Below, piece by piece: positions 19,206-30,771 of a stretch of DNA of 64,000 nucleotides. Under the pieces are notes generated by a model. The model did no database searches. It had not been told where the DNA came from and saw only the letters and a list, made by a program, of their open reading frames with translations. Position 1 is the stretch's first letter; each line of letters opens with the position of its first letter. Source of the stretch: Myxococcota bacterium (GTDB taxonomy: Bacteria; Myxococcota_A; UBA9160; UBA4427); NCBI GenBank assembly GCA_036336835.1, contig JAYZFK010000062.1:32001-96000 (forward strand), written 5' to 3'. Made by a program: the position numbers and the translations under genes.

Positions 19206-19717
19206 TGAACTCCCTCCAGGGGCTCCATGGAATGGAGCCGGACGTCTTCCAGATCCTCGAATGCGCTCGCCAGCTCGCCGACGGTGCGTCCCAGGACGGG
19301 ATGGCGCAGGTCGCGCGCGAGCTCGGCCAGCGGCACCAGGACGAAAGCGCGCTCGTGCATCCGCGGGTGCGGGACGACGAGATCCGGCTCGTCGATTCGC
19401 TGCTCACCGAACAGCAGCAGATCGAGGTCGAGCGTCCGCGGCATCCAGCGCTTCTCCGCCTCGCGCAATCGACCGCCTGCCCGCTCGACCGTCTGCAGCA
19501 CCGCGAGCAGCCCGCGGGCAGTCATCTCCACCGCGAGCTCCGCGACCGCATTCAGATAGAGACCCTGCGGTGGCGGGCCGATCGGCTCGGTCTGGTAGAC
19601 CCGCGAGGTTGCGACGACCTGGACGTGCGGCACGCGCGCGAGCGCGTCGATCGCTGCGCTGAGCTGCTGCTCGCGGTTGCCGAGGTTCGAGCCGAGTGCG
19701 ATCCAGGCGCTCTCCAT
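19187..19717 (-). CDS. folK: 2-amino-4-hydroxy-6-hydroxymethyldihydropteridine diphosphokinase
   Basis: ALGSNLG, YLNAV, PRTLDLDLL, PHPRMHERAFVLVPL. Confidence 0.95.
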   Translation of the reverse strand: MESAWIALGSNLGNREQQLSAAIDALARVPHVQVVATSRVYQTEPIGPPPQGLYLNAVAELAVEMTARGLLAVLQTVERAGGRLREAEKRWMPRTLDLDLLLFGEQRIDEPDLVVPHPRMHERAFVLVPLAELARDLRHPVLGRTVGELASAFEDLEDVRLHSMEPLEGVQWPSQQ

Positions 19718-19735
19718 CGCCGTTATGATCGCGCC

Positions 19736-20965
19736 ATGCGGACGACTTGGCGATGCGTATGGGCTCTCGCGGCAGTGGTTTCGCTCGCAGCCAGTAACGC
19801 CCTCGCCGAGCCGACCGTGATCGTGTTGTCCTGGGACGGGGTCCGCTACGACTACCTGGATCGCAGTGGGCTACCTGCTCTCGAGCGCATGCAGCGCCAC
19901 GGCGCGCGGGCCGAGCGCCTGATCCCACCCTTCCCCTCGAGCACGTTCCCGGGCCACGTCACCCTCGCCACCGGAGCCCCCGTCGACCGCCACGGCATCG
20001 TGAGCAACAAGTTCTTCGATCCTGCCCTCGGGCCCGACGCCGTGTTCGACTACGGCGCCGACGCGCGGTGGATCGACGCCGAGCCGCTGTGGGCTGCCGC
20101 AGAGCGACAGGGCGTGCGCAGCGCGGTCTTCTTCTGGGTAGGCTCGGAGACCGACTGGCGCGGGCGCGGTGCGACACTTCGGATGGCACCGTTCGACAGC
20201 GGTGTTCCGGAGCGCAAGAAGGTCGATCAGATTCTCGCCTGGCTCGACCTGCCCGAGGCGGAGAGGCCACGGCTGATCATGGCCTACTGGCGCGGAGCCG
20301 ATCACGCAGGGCATCGCCACGGGCCCGATTCGAAGGACGTCCACCAGGCCCTGCGTTCGCAGGACGCGCAGCTGGGGCGTCTGCTCGCCGGGCTCGATTC
20401 CCGCGCGGCCTGGTCCGACACGACGCTGCTGATCGTCAGCGATCACGGCATGATCGCGGTGAGCCAGCCGCTGGATGCGCGCCGGCTGCTGCGCGAGGCG
20501 GGCGTCGCCGCGCGTGTCGTCCACGCGACCGCACTGGCTCTGGTGTACCTGCGCGATCCGTCGGACAGCGCCGCAAGACGGCGCGCCATCGAAGCGCTCT
20601 CCGCGCCCGAGGGCGTAAGCGCCTACCCGAGCGATCAGCTTCCCGCACCGCTGCGGTACGCCCACTCGTCGCGCCTCGGCCAGGTGGTGGCGATCGCCAC
20701 GCCGCCTCGCATGTTCCGCTCGGGAGCCCGAGGTGTCGCCGAACGTGCCTTGCGCGCGCTCGGAGGATCGACCGGCGGGCACGGCTACGACCCGATCGCG
20801 GTGCGCGAGATGAGCGGAATCTTCGTCGCGCTCGGCCGCGGAGTGGGCACCGGCGTGCGGCTGCCGCCGGCGCGCGCAATCGATCTCGCGCCGACGGTGG
20901 CTTCGCTGCTCGGTATCGAGCCACCCGAGCACTCGGAAGGCAGTGCGCTCGATCTCACTCCCTGA
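19736..20965 (+). CDS. Secreted alkaline-phosphatase-superfamily enzyme (nucleotide pyrophosphatase/phosphodiesterase)
   Basis: Signal peptide, SWDG, PSSTFPGH, DHAGH..GP, SDHGM, GGHGY. Confidence 0.88.
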   Translation: MRTTWRCVWALAAVVSLAASNALAEPTVIVLSWDGVRYDYLDRSGLPALERMQRHGARAERLIPPFPSSTFPGHVTLATGAPVDRHGIVSNKFFDPALGPDAVFDYGADARWIDAEPLWAAAERQGVRSAVFFWVGSETDWRGRGATLRMAPFDSGVPERKKVDQILAWLDLPEAERPRLIMAYWRGADHAGHRHGPDSKDVHQALRSQDAQLGRLLAGLDSRAAWSDTTLLIVSDHGMIAVSQPLDARRLLREAGVAARVVHATALALVYLRDPSDSAARRRAIEALSAPEGVSAYPSDQLPAPLRYAHSSRLGQVVAIATPPRMFRSGARGVAERALRALGGSTGGHGYDPIAVREMSGIFVALGRGVGTGVRLPPARAIDLAPTVASLLGIEPPEHSEGSALDLTP

Positions 20966-21065
20966 CCCGGACCCGGACCCCGAGCGTGCCGAGGGCGGCC
21001 ACAGGGCCGGCCCCCTCGGCATCGCGCTGGCCACCTTCACACGATCCGCTACCTAGCTTCAGCGT

Positions 21066-22355
21066 ATGCCGACGTCGACAGATCAGCTCCGACCCGCGCT
21101 CGCGACCGACGTCCCCGGCCCGCGTTCGGTCGAGCTGGCAAAGCGGCTGTCCGAGGTCGAGAGCCCCAACGTCACGTACCTGGCTCCGAATGCGCCGATC
21201 TTCTGGCAACGCGCGCAGGGCGTGAACGTCTGGGACATCGACGGCAACCGCTTCGTCGATCTCAGCGGGGCGTTCGGAGTCGCGAATGCCGGGCACGCGC
21301 ACCCCGAGATCGTGGCAGCGATCGCAGCGCAGGCAGCCGAGCTGCTCCACGGAATGGGCGACGTACATCCGTCGGCGGTAAAGGTCGAGCTGCTCGAGGC
21401 GTTGTGTGCTCGCTTTCCCGGCACTGGCGAGGCGCGCGCGCTGCTGCTGTCGTCAGGCTCGGACGCCGTCGAGGCCGCACTCAAGACGGCACTGCTCGCG
21501 ACAGGCAAGCCGGGCGTGATCGCGTTCGAGGGCGGCTATCACGGACTCTCGCTCGGCGCACTCGACGCGACCTGGCGCAGCGACTTTCGGGCACCGTTCG
21601 AGGCACGACTCCCGAAAACCACCGGCTTTGCGCGCTTCGGCGATGCCGACGACGTTGCGCGGGTGCGTGACGAGCTCGCCGGGCGCGGGGTCGAGACCGC
21701 TGCGGTGCTGGTCGAGCCGGTGCAGGGACGGGGCGGCGAGCGCGTGCCACCGGAAGGATTCCTGCGCGCCCTGCGCGAGCGCTGCGACGAGGAGGGCTGG
21801 CTGCTGATCGCAGACGAGATCTACACGGGCTTCGGTCGCACAGGTCGCTGGTTCGCCTGTGAGCACGAAGCCGTCGTACCCGACCTGCTGTGTGTCGGCA
21901 AGGGACTGTCTTCGGGCATGCCGATTGCCGCCTGCATCGGTCGGGCAACGGTGATGGAGTCGTGGCCGGTGTCGAGCGGAGAGGCGCTCCACACCCAGAC
22001 CTTCCTCGGCCATCCCGCGGGCTGCGCCGCGGCGCTCGCTTCCCTGCGCGTACTCGAGCGCGAGCGACTGATCGAACGCAGTGCCGAGGTCGGGCGCATC
22101 GCCCTCGAGCACGCGCGCGAACGGCTGGCGGCAAACAAGCCGGTGAGCGAGGTACGCGGGCTGGGGCTGATGCTCGGCATCGAGTGCCGCAGCTCAGAGA
22201 TCGCGCGCAGCGGGTGCATACGCGCCCTCGAGCGCGGCTACATCGTGCTGCCATCGGGCGAGGGCGGCCGTGTGCTGTCACTGACTCCACCACTGACCAT
22301 CGATCAGGACCTGCTGCTCGAAGCGATCGACCAGCTGGCGGATGTCCTCGAGTGA
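21066..22355 (+). CDS. Class III (omega) PLP-dependent aminotransferase
   Basis: SGSDAVE, FEGGYHG, EPVQG, DEIYTGFGRTG, PDLLCVGKGL. Confidence 0.92.
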   Translation: MPTSTDQLRPALATDVPGPRSVELAKRLSEVESPNVTYLAPNAPIFWQRAQGVNVWDIDGNRFVDLSGAFGVANAGHAHPEIVAAIAAQAAELLHGMGDVHPSAVKVELLEALCARFPGTGEARALLLSSGSDAVEAALKTALLATGKPGVIAFEGGYHGLSLGALDATWRSDFRAPFEARLPKTTGFARFGDADDVARVRDELAGRGVETAAVLVEPVQGRGGERVPPEGFLRALRERCDEEGWLLIADEIYTGFGRTGRWFACEHEAVVPDLLCVGKGLSSGMPIAACIGRATVMESWPVSSGEALHTQTFLGHPAGCAAALASLRVLERERLIERSAEVGRIALEHARERLAANKPVSEVRGLGLMLGIECRSSEIARSGCIRALERGYIVLPSGEGGRVLSLTPPLTIDQDLLLEAIDQLADVLE

Positions 22356-23458
22356 GCGCCGACCCGCGGCGCGCCGAGCTCGACGCAGCCGTCCTGGCGT
22401 GGATGCGCGAGCCCGACTGGCGCGAAGACGACGCCCGATTCGGCCTCCTGGCCCTTCGCCTGTTCGAGTACCAGTATGCGAACTGCGAGCCATACCGACG
22501 CTTCTGCGTCGCGCAGGACGTGGGACCGCGGGACATCGAGCGCTGGCAGGACGTTCCGGCGGTGCCGGCGGGCGCTTTCAAGGAGCTTCGCATCGCGAGC
22601 TTCGGGCCTGCACGTGACGCGAAGATCTTCTGCACCAGCGGGACCGCCACGTCGCGACGCGGTTCGCTCCACCTGGATACCCTCGAGCTGTACGAGACGT
22701 CGCTACTGGCCACGCTGCAGACATTGCTATTCGCGGATCTCGGCAGCGCGCAGCGCACGACACTACGCATCCTCGCGCCTGCACCGGCCGAAGCCCCGGA
22801 TTCTTCGCTCTCGCACATGTTCGGTCGACTGCTCGAGGCTCGGGGCGACGCGCACAGCGGCTATGACGTCCGGGGCGGCAAGCTCGACGCCGAAGGGCTG
22901 CTGTACGCGCTCGAGACAGATCGACCCGTCGCACTGCTCGGCACCGCGTTCGCGTTCGTCCACCTCCTCGACGCACTCGACGCGCGCGGCGGCGGGCCAC
23001 TGACACTGCCACCGGGATCGCGCGCCATGGAGACGGGGGGCTTCAAGGGTCTCTCGCGCGAGCTTCCACGCGAGCAGCTGCACGTTGCGATGTCGGACGC
23101 ACTCGGCATCGACCCCGGTCGCATCGTCAACCAGTACGGCATGACCGAGCTCGGCTCCCAGTTCTACGACTCGGTGCTGGTCGATCCAGCTGGCGCTCGG
23201 CGCAAGCTGGGCCCACCCTGGGTGCGCGTGCGACGGATCGACCCCGCCTCGGGCGAAGAAGCGGAGCCGGGCGAGCCCGGCATGCTCAGCATCCACGACC
23301 TCGTCAATACGGGCAGCACCTGCGCGATCCAGACGGCCGACCTCGGACGCCGGGTCGCTGGCTCGCCTGAAGGCTTCGAGCTGCTGGGGCGACTGCCGGG
23401 CGCCGAGGCGCGCGGCTGCTCGATCGCGGCCGACAGCATGCTCGGCGAAGCGGTGTGA
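22352..23458 (+). CDS. luxE: LuxE-like acyl-protein synthetase
   Basis: FCTSGT, METGGFKG, NQYGMTEL, IQTADLG, LLGR, C-terminal EARGCS acyl-acceptor Cys; GTGA overlap with the aminotransferase. Confidence 0.8.
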   Translation: MSADPRRAELDAAVLAWMREPDWREDDARFGLLALRLFEYQYANCEPYRRFCVAQDVGPRDIERWQDVPAVPAGAFKELRIASFGPARDAKIFCTSGTATSRRGSLHLDTLELYETSLLATLQTLLFADLGSAQRTTLRILAPAPAEAPDSSLSHMFGRLLEARGDAHSGYDVRGGKLDAEGLLYALETDRPVALLGTAFAFVHLLDALDARGGGPLTLPPGSRAMETGGFKGLSRELPREQLHVAMSDALGIDPGRIVNQYGMTELGSQFYDSVLVDPAGARRKLGPPWVRVRRIDPASGEEAEPGEPGMLSIHDLVNTGSTCAIQTADLGRRVAGSPEGFELLGRLPGAEARGCSIAADSMLGEAV

Positions 23459-24660
23459 GCGCGACCCTCCGGGCAGCCATAAGGCTGCGCGAGGCCGGGC
23501 AAGTGCTTCGCGGACGCGACGAGGAAGAGGTGATCGGAGCGCTCGGGGAGCTGCTCGCGCGCTGGCGCGATCCCAACGGGCGCTGGCAGCAACGCCTCGC
23601 CTCGACGCTCTCGGCCGCCGCGGGTTTCTCGCGGCCCAACGTCCGCGAAGGCCTGTGCCTCGCACTCGCCGACTGGGACGAGGCGGCACTTCGCGAGCTC
23701 GTCGCACGCGAGCTCGGCGGCCGGAAGAGAGCGGCGCGACTCGGGCATCCGCTGACCTCGATCGTGTGCGCGGGCTCGATCCCGATGCCGACGCTGCTGC
23801 AGATCGTGCTGTCGCTGCTCGTTCGCTCTCCGACTCTCGTAAAGCCGGCTTCGCGAGATCCAGTGACGGCGAGCCTGCTCGCGGAGTCGCTTGGCGAGAT
23901 CGATGCCGCGCTCGCGGCGTGCGTCGAGGTGGTGCCCCTCGACACGAGTGACGACGCATCGGTGAAAAGCTTCCTGGCATCGGAGTGCATCGTGGCGAGC
24001 GGCTCGGATGCGACGATCGAGGTAGTGCGCTCGCAGCTCGCCCCCAGCCAGTGTTTCGTCGGCTACGGCCATCGCTTCTCGATCGCGGCGCTGGGACCGT
24101 CGGCGCTAGACGAAAGCGTGGCCGAGGCACTCGCTCTCGACGTCTCGCTGTGGGATCAGCTGGGTTGCATGTCCCCGGTCGCGATCTACGCGGTCGGCGG
24201 CGCTGCTCCTCGCCAGGTCGCGTTTGCACAGGCACTCGCGGGCGCGTTGGAGACTCGCGAGCGCGTGGCGCCGCGGGGCGAGATCGATGCAGCAAGCGGC
24301 GCGATCATGCGACACGAACGCGACGAAGCGCGCATGCGCTTTGCAGCGCTGGAGTCGGGACAGCTCTACGAGGGCGAGAACCTGCGCTGGACTGTCGTAC
24401 TCGAAGCCGACGCCCGGCCGCGGCGCGCACCGCTCCACCGCTTCGTGCGCATCCATCCCGTCGCCGATCTGGCCGAGCTCGAATCGGTGCTCGCGCCGCA
24501 GGCCTCTCGGCTGTCAACCGCCGCGCTCGCCGGGGTCGACAGCGAGGTCGCGGCGCTCGCGGGGGCCCGGATCTGCGCTCCCGGCGAGATGCAGCGCCCG
24601 CCCCTTGGAGCGCCTCACGACGGTCAGCCGCTTCTGATTCCACTGCTTTCAATACCTTAA
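23455..24660 (+). CDS. luxC: LuxC-like acyl-CoA/acyl-protein reductase
   Basis: LVKPAS, ASGSDATI, GYGHRFS, DQLGCMSP catalytic Cys, GEMQRP..HDG; GTGA overlap with luxE. Confidence 0.8.
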   Translation: MSATLRAAIRLREAGQVLRGRDEEEVIGALGELLARWRDPNGRWQQRLASTLSAAAGFSRPNVREGLCLALADWDEAALRELVARELGGRKRAARLGHPLTSIVCAGSIPMPTLLQIVLSLLVRSPTLVKPASRDPVTASLLAESLGEIDAALAACVEVVPLDTSDDASVKSFLASECIVASGSDATIEVVRSQLAPSQCFVGYGHRFSIAALGPSALDESVAEALALDVSLWDQLGCMSPVAIYAVGGAAPRQVAFAQALAGALETRERVAPRGEIDAASGAIMRHERDEARMRFAALESGQLYEGENLRWTVVLEADARPRRAPLHRFVRIHPVADLAELESVLAPQASRLSTAALAGVDSEVAALAGARICAPGEMQRPPLGAPHDGQPLLIPLLSIP

Positions 24661-24690
24661 CCCATTGAAAATACTCAATAAATAGTTAAA

Positions 24691-24740
24691 TAGAACCGAA
24701 TCAGTCCTAGATTTACAGGACCGAAATGGTCCGATATAGT
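24691..24740 (+). promoter_or_regulatory. suf operon promoter with tandem palindromic operator
   Basis: TTTACA(24712)-17 nt-TATAGT(24735); imperfect palindromes TAGAAC-N7-GTCCTA (24691-24709) and CAGGAC-N7-GTCCGA (24716-24734); AT-rich segment upstream. Confidence 0.75.
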
Positions 24741-24766
24741 GCCCGCTCAGGGATCGGAGGTCCCCC

Positions 24767-25252
24767 ATGCTCAGACTGAGCAAGCTGACCGACTACGGCA
24801 TCGTGCTGCTCGCAAGGCTGGCCCGCGATGGGAGCCGCGAATCGCGTAACGCGCGCGAGCTCGCCGCGGGCACCGAGCTGCCGGTACCCGTCGTGTCGAA
24901 GGTGCTGAAGCAGCTGGCGCGCGGGGGTGTGCTCGAATCGCAGCGCGGAGCGCGGGGCGGCTACTCGCTGGCGCTACCGGCGCAACGGATCAGCGTCGCC
25001 GCGGTCATCGGCGCGCTCGAAGGTCCGGTCGCAATCACCGAGTGCGCGAGTGGCCCGAGCGTCTGCTCGCACGAGGGCACCTGCGCTGTGCGCGACCCCG
25101 TTCACGTCCTCAACAACGTCGTTCGCGAGGCCCTCGCAACCGTGTCGCTCGCCGACCTGATCGACCCCGCCTTCAGTGCGCTCGGCGACACCAGTGAATC
25201 GCTCCAGATCCTCGGCCGAACCCCGGCTCGCGCAGTCGTGGCGCCGGAGTAG
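24767..25252 (+). CDS. Rrf2-family SUF system Fe-S cluster assembly regulator
   Basis: [24 protein letters not shown], three Cys ([15 protein letters not shown]). Confidence 0.9.
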   Translation: MLRLSKLTDYGIVLLARLARDGSRESRNARELAAGTELPVPVVSKVLKQLARGGVLESQRGARGGYSLALPAQRISVAAVIGALEGPVAITECASGPSVCSHEGTCAVRDPVHVLNNVVREALATVSLADLIDPAFSALGDTSESLQILGRTPARAVVAPE

Positions 25253-25256
25253 CCGC

Positions 25257-26707
25257 ATGTCGACTGACCCGAATCTCGAGAAGCTGGCCAAGCAGCAGTA
25301 CAAATACGGCTTTACGACCGACATCGAGCAGGACCAGGCCCCGCCCGGTCTGAACGAAGACGTGGTGCGGCTGATCTCGGCCAAGAAGCGAGAGCCCGAG
25401 TGGCTCCTCGAGTGGCGCATCAAGGCACTGCAGCGGTTTCTCGAGCTGCTCGAGCAGGAGACGGAGCCCGGCTGGGCCAATGTTTCGTACCCGAAGATCG
25501 ACTATCAGGACATCATCTACTACTCGGCGCCCAAGCAGTCCAAGCAGATCGAGAACCTCGATGAGGTCGACCCGGAGATCCTCGAGACCTACGAGAAGCT
25601 CGGGATCCCGCTGGTCGAGCAGAAGCGGCTGCAGGGCGTCGCGGTCGACGCCGTATTCGACAGCGTGTCGGTCGCCACCACCTTCAAGGGCGAGCTCGAG
25701 AGGCAGGGCATCCTGTTCTGCTCGTTCTCCGAAGCGGTCACGAAATACCCCGATCTCGTCCAGAAGTACCTGGGCTCGGTGGTTCCCTACTCGGACAACT
25801 TCTTCGCGTGCCTCAACTCGGCCGTGTTCAGCGACGGCTCGTTCGCCTACATCCCCAAGGGCACGCGCTGCCCGATGGAGCTGTCGACCTACTTCCGGAT
25901 CAATGCGGCCGGTACGGGCCAGTTCGAGCGTACGCTGCTCATCGCCGACGAGGGCGCCTACGTCTCCTATCTGGAGGGCTGCACCGCGCCGCAGCGAGAC
26001 GAGAACCAGCTGCACGCTGCCGTGGTCGAGCTGATCGCGCTCGACGACGCCGAGATCAAGTACTCGACCGTGCAGAACTGGTACCCCGGGGACAAAAATG
26101 GCAAGGGCGGCATCTTCAACTTCGTTACCAAGCGGGGCGCCTGCCGCGGCAAGCGCAGCAAGATCTCCTGGACCCAGGTCGAGACGGGCTCCGCGATCAC
26201 CTGGAAGTACCCGAGCTGCATCCTGCAGGGCGACGACTCGGTCGGCGCGTTCTACTCGGTCGCCATGACGACGAACCATCAGCAGGCCGACACCGGCACG
26301 AAGATGATCCACCTCGGCAAGAACACCAAGAGCACGATCATCAGCAAGGGCATCTCGGCCGGGCAGGGGCAGCAGAGCTACCGCGGTCTCGTGCGCATCG
26401 GCCCCAGGGCAAGCGGCGCGCGCAACTACTCGCAGTGTGACTCGCTGCTGCTCGGCGACCAGTGCGGTGCGCATACCTTCCCCTATCTGGAAGTGAAGAA
26501 CGCGGACGCCACGGTCGAACACGAAGCGACGACCTCGAAGATCGGCGAGGACCAGCTCTTCTACTGCGCGCAGCGCGGAATTTCGCAGGAGGACGCGGTG
26601 TCGATGATCGTGAACGGGTTCTGCAAGGAAGTGCTGCGCGAGCTCCCAATGGAGTTCGCCGTCGAGGCCCAGGCGCTCCTCGGCGTCAGCCTCGAGGGCA
26701 GCGTAGG

Positions 26708-26711
<4 letters not shown>
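25257..26711 (+). CDS. sufB: Fe-S cluster assembly protein SufB
   Basis: [48 protein letters not shown]. Confidence 0.97.
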
Positions 26712-27464
<753 letters not shown>

Positions 27465-27472
<8 letters not shown>

Positions 27473-28727
27473 GCCCCGCTGGCTGCAGACGCTGCGCGGC
27501 GAAGCGCGCGCCAGCTTCGAGACGCTGGGTCTTCCGACCTCGCAGCTCGAGGACTGGCGCTATACCGCTCGCGCCCTGCGGCCGCTCGGCGAGCTCGAGC
27601 TCGAGTCCGCGGCCTGCGCGGAACCGTCGCCCGACCGCGGCGTGCTCGAGGAGATCGCTTCGCCGTTGTTCGCCTGCAGCGAGTTCGCCTTCGTCGATGG
27701 TCACTTCGACGAGGCGCTGTCAACGCCGCGCGGGCTGTCGGGCGATCTTCCGGTGCGCAGCCTGCGTGCACTGATCGACGACGAGTCGGACTCACTCGCC
27801 GGCGCGCTCGGCCAGCTCGCCAGGCCGAAGGAGGACGCGTTCGCCGCGCTCAACACCGCACACTTCGAAGATGGGGCGCTGGTCCACATCGCGCGCGACC
27901 GGGACATCGCGCAGCCGCTCCACCTCGTGTTCGTGACCCGCGACCGGGCGGATGGCAGCACGCATCCGCGCATTGCGGTTCGGGCCGAGGCCGGCAGCCG
28001 GGCGACGCTGATCGTCGACTTCGTATCGGCGGGAGACGGGCGGTGCTTCACCAATTCGCTGCTCGAGATCGACCTCGCGGAGAACGCCGAGCTCGATCTG
28101 GTGGTGCTGCAGCGCGAATGCAACGCGGCACTCCACGTCTCACGCACCTATGTTCGGCAGGGACGCGACAGCAGGCTGCGCGCGCACACGTTGACGCTCG
28201 GCGGTCGCAGCGTGCGCAACGATCTCGAGGTCGTACTGGCGGACGAGGGCGCCGAGGTCGTGCTGAACGGACTCTTCCTCGGTCTCGGCGAACAGCACAT
28301 CGACAACCACACCCTGGTCGACCACGCCGTCCCCCACTGCACCAGCCGCGAGCTCTACAAGGGCGTGCTCGCCGACCGGGCGCGGGGAGTGTTCAGAGGC
28401 CGTGTCGTCGTGCGACCCGACGCGCAGAAGACCGCTGCCGAGCAGTCGAATCCCAATCTGTTGATCGGCGATCGCGCCGAGATCGATACCAAGCCACAGC
28501 TCGAAATCTACGCCGACGACGTGCGCTGCAGCCATGGCGCGACGATCGGACAGCTCGACGAGGACGCGCTGTTCTACCTGCGGGCACGCGGCATCGCGAA
28601 CGACCCTGCGCGGCTGATACTGATCCAGGCCTTCGCAGCCGAGATCAGCGACGCACTGCCCGCCGAGGCGCTCGGCGAGCGTGTGCGCGAGATGTTCCTG
28701 CAGCGACTTGCCGGTGCCACGGCATGA
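27465..28727 (+). CDS. sufD: Fe-S cluster assembly protein SufD
   Basis: EDWRYT, KPQLEIYADDVRCSHGAT, LFYLRARGI. Confidence 0.95.
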
Positions 28728-29950
28728 GTCCTAGCCTCGACGTCGACCGCGTCCGCAAGGACTTCCCGATCCTCGCGACCGAGGTACACGGCAAGCCGCT
28801 CGTCTTCCTCGACAGCGCGGCCAGCGCCCAGAAGCCCCGGCAGGTGATCGACGCCATCGCGCATCACTACGAGACGAGCTACGCGAACATCCACCGCGGA
28901 GTCTACCAGCTGTCGCAGGCGTCGACGGAAGCCTTCGAGCGCACGCGCGAGAAGGTCGCACGCTTCCTCGGTGCGTCCGATGCACGCGAGATCGTGTTCA
29001 CCCGCAACGCGACAGAAGGCATCAACCTGGTCGCGCAGAGCTGGGGGCGCAGCCAGCTGGGGGCAGGCGACGAGGTGCTCATTACCGAGATGGAGCACCA
29101 CGCCAACATCGTACCCTGGCAGATGCTGTGCGAGCAGACGGGCGCCTCTCTTCGCGTCGCACCGATCGACGACGCCGGAACGCTCCGTCACGGAGAGTTC
29201 GAGAGTCTGTTGTCGACGCGCACGAAGATCGTCGCCTTCACGCACGTCTCGAATGCGCTCGGAACCATCAACCCGGTGAAGGAGCTCACGACGCTGGCCC
29301 ACGAGCACGGTGCGATCGTGCTGATCGACGGCGCGCAGTCCGCGCCGCACCTCACCGTCGACATGCGAGAGCTCGACTGTGACTTCTTCGTCTTCACCGG
29401 CCACAAGCTGTTCGGCCCGAGCGGCATCGGGGTGCTCTACGGCAAGCTCGCCCACCTCGAGGCGATGCCGCCCTATCAGGGCGGCGGCGACATGATCGAG
29501 ACCGTGACCTTCGAGAAGACGACCTATGCGCCGGTGCCGCACAAGTTCGAAGCAGGGACGCCCGACATCTCGGGCGTCGTTGGGCTCGGCGCCGCCATCG
29601 ATTACGTCGAGCAGCTGGGGCTCGACGCGATCGCGGCTCACGAGCACGCACTGCTCGAGTATGCGACCGAACGGCTCGCGGCACTCCCCGGGCTGCGCCT
29701 CATCGGCACCGCGCCCGAGAAGGCGGCCGTCGCTTCCTTCGTGCTCGACTTCGCACACCCGCACGACATCGGCACGATTCTCGACCAGGAGGGCATTGCT
29801 GTGCGCACCGGGCACCACTGCGCCCAGCCGGTGATGGACCGCTATGGGCTCGCCGCCACGGCGCGAGCCTCGTTCTCGATCTACAACACCGAGTCCGATG
29901 TCGATGCTCTGGTCGCAGCGATCGGAACGGCACGGGAGCTGTTCGGCTGA
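28724..29950 (+). CDS. sufS: Cysteine desulfurase SufS
   Basis: LDSAASAQKP, EHHANIVPWQ, TGHK, FEAGTP, RTGHHCAQP. Confidence 0.97.
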   Translation: MSPSLDVDRVRKDFPILATEVHGKPLVFLDSAASAQKPRQVIDAIAHHYETSYANIHRGVYQLSQASTEAFERTREKVARFLGASDAREIVFTRNATEGINLVAQSWGRSQLGAGDEVLITEMEHHANIVPWQMLCEQTGASLRVAPIDDAGTLRHGEFESLLSTRTKIVAFTHVSNALGTINPVKELTTLAHEHGAIVLIDGAQSAPHLTVDMRELDCDFFVFTGHKLFGPSGIGVLYGKLAHLEAMPPYQGGGDMIETVTFEKTTYAPVPHKFEAGTPDISGVVGLGAAIDYVEQLGLDAIAAHEHALLEYATERLAALPGLRLIGTAPEKAAVASFVLDFAHPHDIGTILDQEGIAVRTGHHCAQPVMDRYGLAATARASFSIYNTESDVDALVAAIGTARELFG

Positions 29951-30405
29951 TGCAAGACCTGCGCGAGCTCTACCAGAGCGTGATCCTCGATCACAACAAG
30001 GCACCGCGAAACTTCGGCGTGCTCGAGGGCGCGAGCCGCGAGGCGGACGGGCACAACCCGATCTGCGGTGACAAGCTCACGGTGTACGTGAGCGTCGACT
30101 CCGACGACCGGATCGACGACGTTCGCTTCCAGGGATCGGGCTGCGCCATCTCGACTGCCTCGGCCTCGCTGATGACCGAGTTCGTGAAGGGCAAGACGCT
30201 CGATGAGGTGGGCCGGACGTTCGGGCAGTTCCACCTGCTCGTCACCGGCCCGGCCACCGAGCCCTCCCACACGGACGGCCTGGGTAAGCTCGCCGTGTTC
30301 GCCGGCGTACGCGAGTTTCCGATGCGCGTGAAGTGCGCGACGCTGTCCTGGCATACTCTGAACGCGGCCCTCGAGCAAAGCTCCGAGACGGCCAAGACCG
30401 AGTGA
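29950..30405 (+). CDS. sufU: SUF system NifU-family protein SufU
   Basis: ILDHNKAPRN, NPICGD, GCAIS, RVKCATL. Confidence 0.93.
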   Translation: MQDLRELYQSVILDHNKAPRNFGVLEGASREADGHNPICGDKLTVYVSVDSDDRIDDVRFQGSGCAISTASASLMTEFVKGKTLDEVGRTFGQFHLLVTGPATEPSHTDGLGKLAVFAGVREFPMRVKCATLSWHTLNAALEQSSETAKTE

Positions 30406-30409
30406 CACT

Positions 30410-30760
30410 ATGAGCGAAGTCAGCAACCATCCTGCGACCCCCGACGGCCCGCGATCGCCCGAGCAGCTGCGCGAGGACGTGATCGAGGCGATCAAGACCT
30501 GCTACGACCCCGAGATCCCCGTCAACATCTACGACCTCGGCCTGATCTATCGGATCGAGGTGCGCGAGGCCAACGCGGTCCAGGTAGAGATGACGCTCAC
30601 CTCGCCGATGTGCCCGGTGGCCGAGACGCTGCCACCTGAGGTCGAGGACAAGGTCCGAAACGTTCCGGGCGTCAGCGGCGTCGAGCTCGATCTCGTATGG
30701 GAGCCTCCGTGGAACCTCGACATGATGAGCGAGGCTGCACGGCTCAGCCTGAACATGTAG
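30410..30760 (+). CDS. sufT: DUF59/SufT Fe-S assembly protein
   Basis: DPEIPVNIYDLGLIY, TLTSPMCP, WEPPW. Confidence 0.85.
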   Translation: MSEVSNHPATPDGPRSPEQLREDVIEAIKTCYDPEIPVNIYDLGLIYRIEVREANAVQVEMTLTSPMCPVAETLPPEVEDKVRNVPGVSGVELDLVWEPPWNLDMMSEAARLSLNM

Positions 30761-30771
30761 TCGGCGCTCGC

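Noticed and set aside
20964..20985. Short GACCCG tandem repeat
   Set aside because: Only about three units in GC-rich DNA; not distinguishable from chance
22352..24660. Bioluminescence operon
   Set aside because: No luxA/luxB/luxD adjacent; the LLM gene at 13750-14787 looks like the F420-type class and is unlinked
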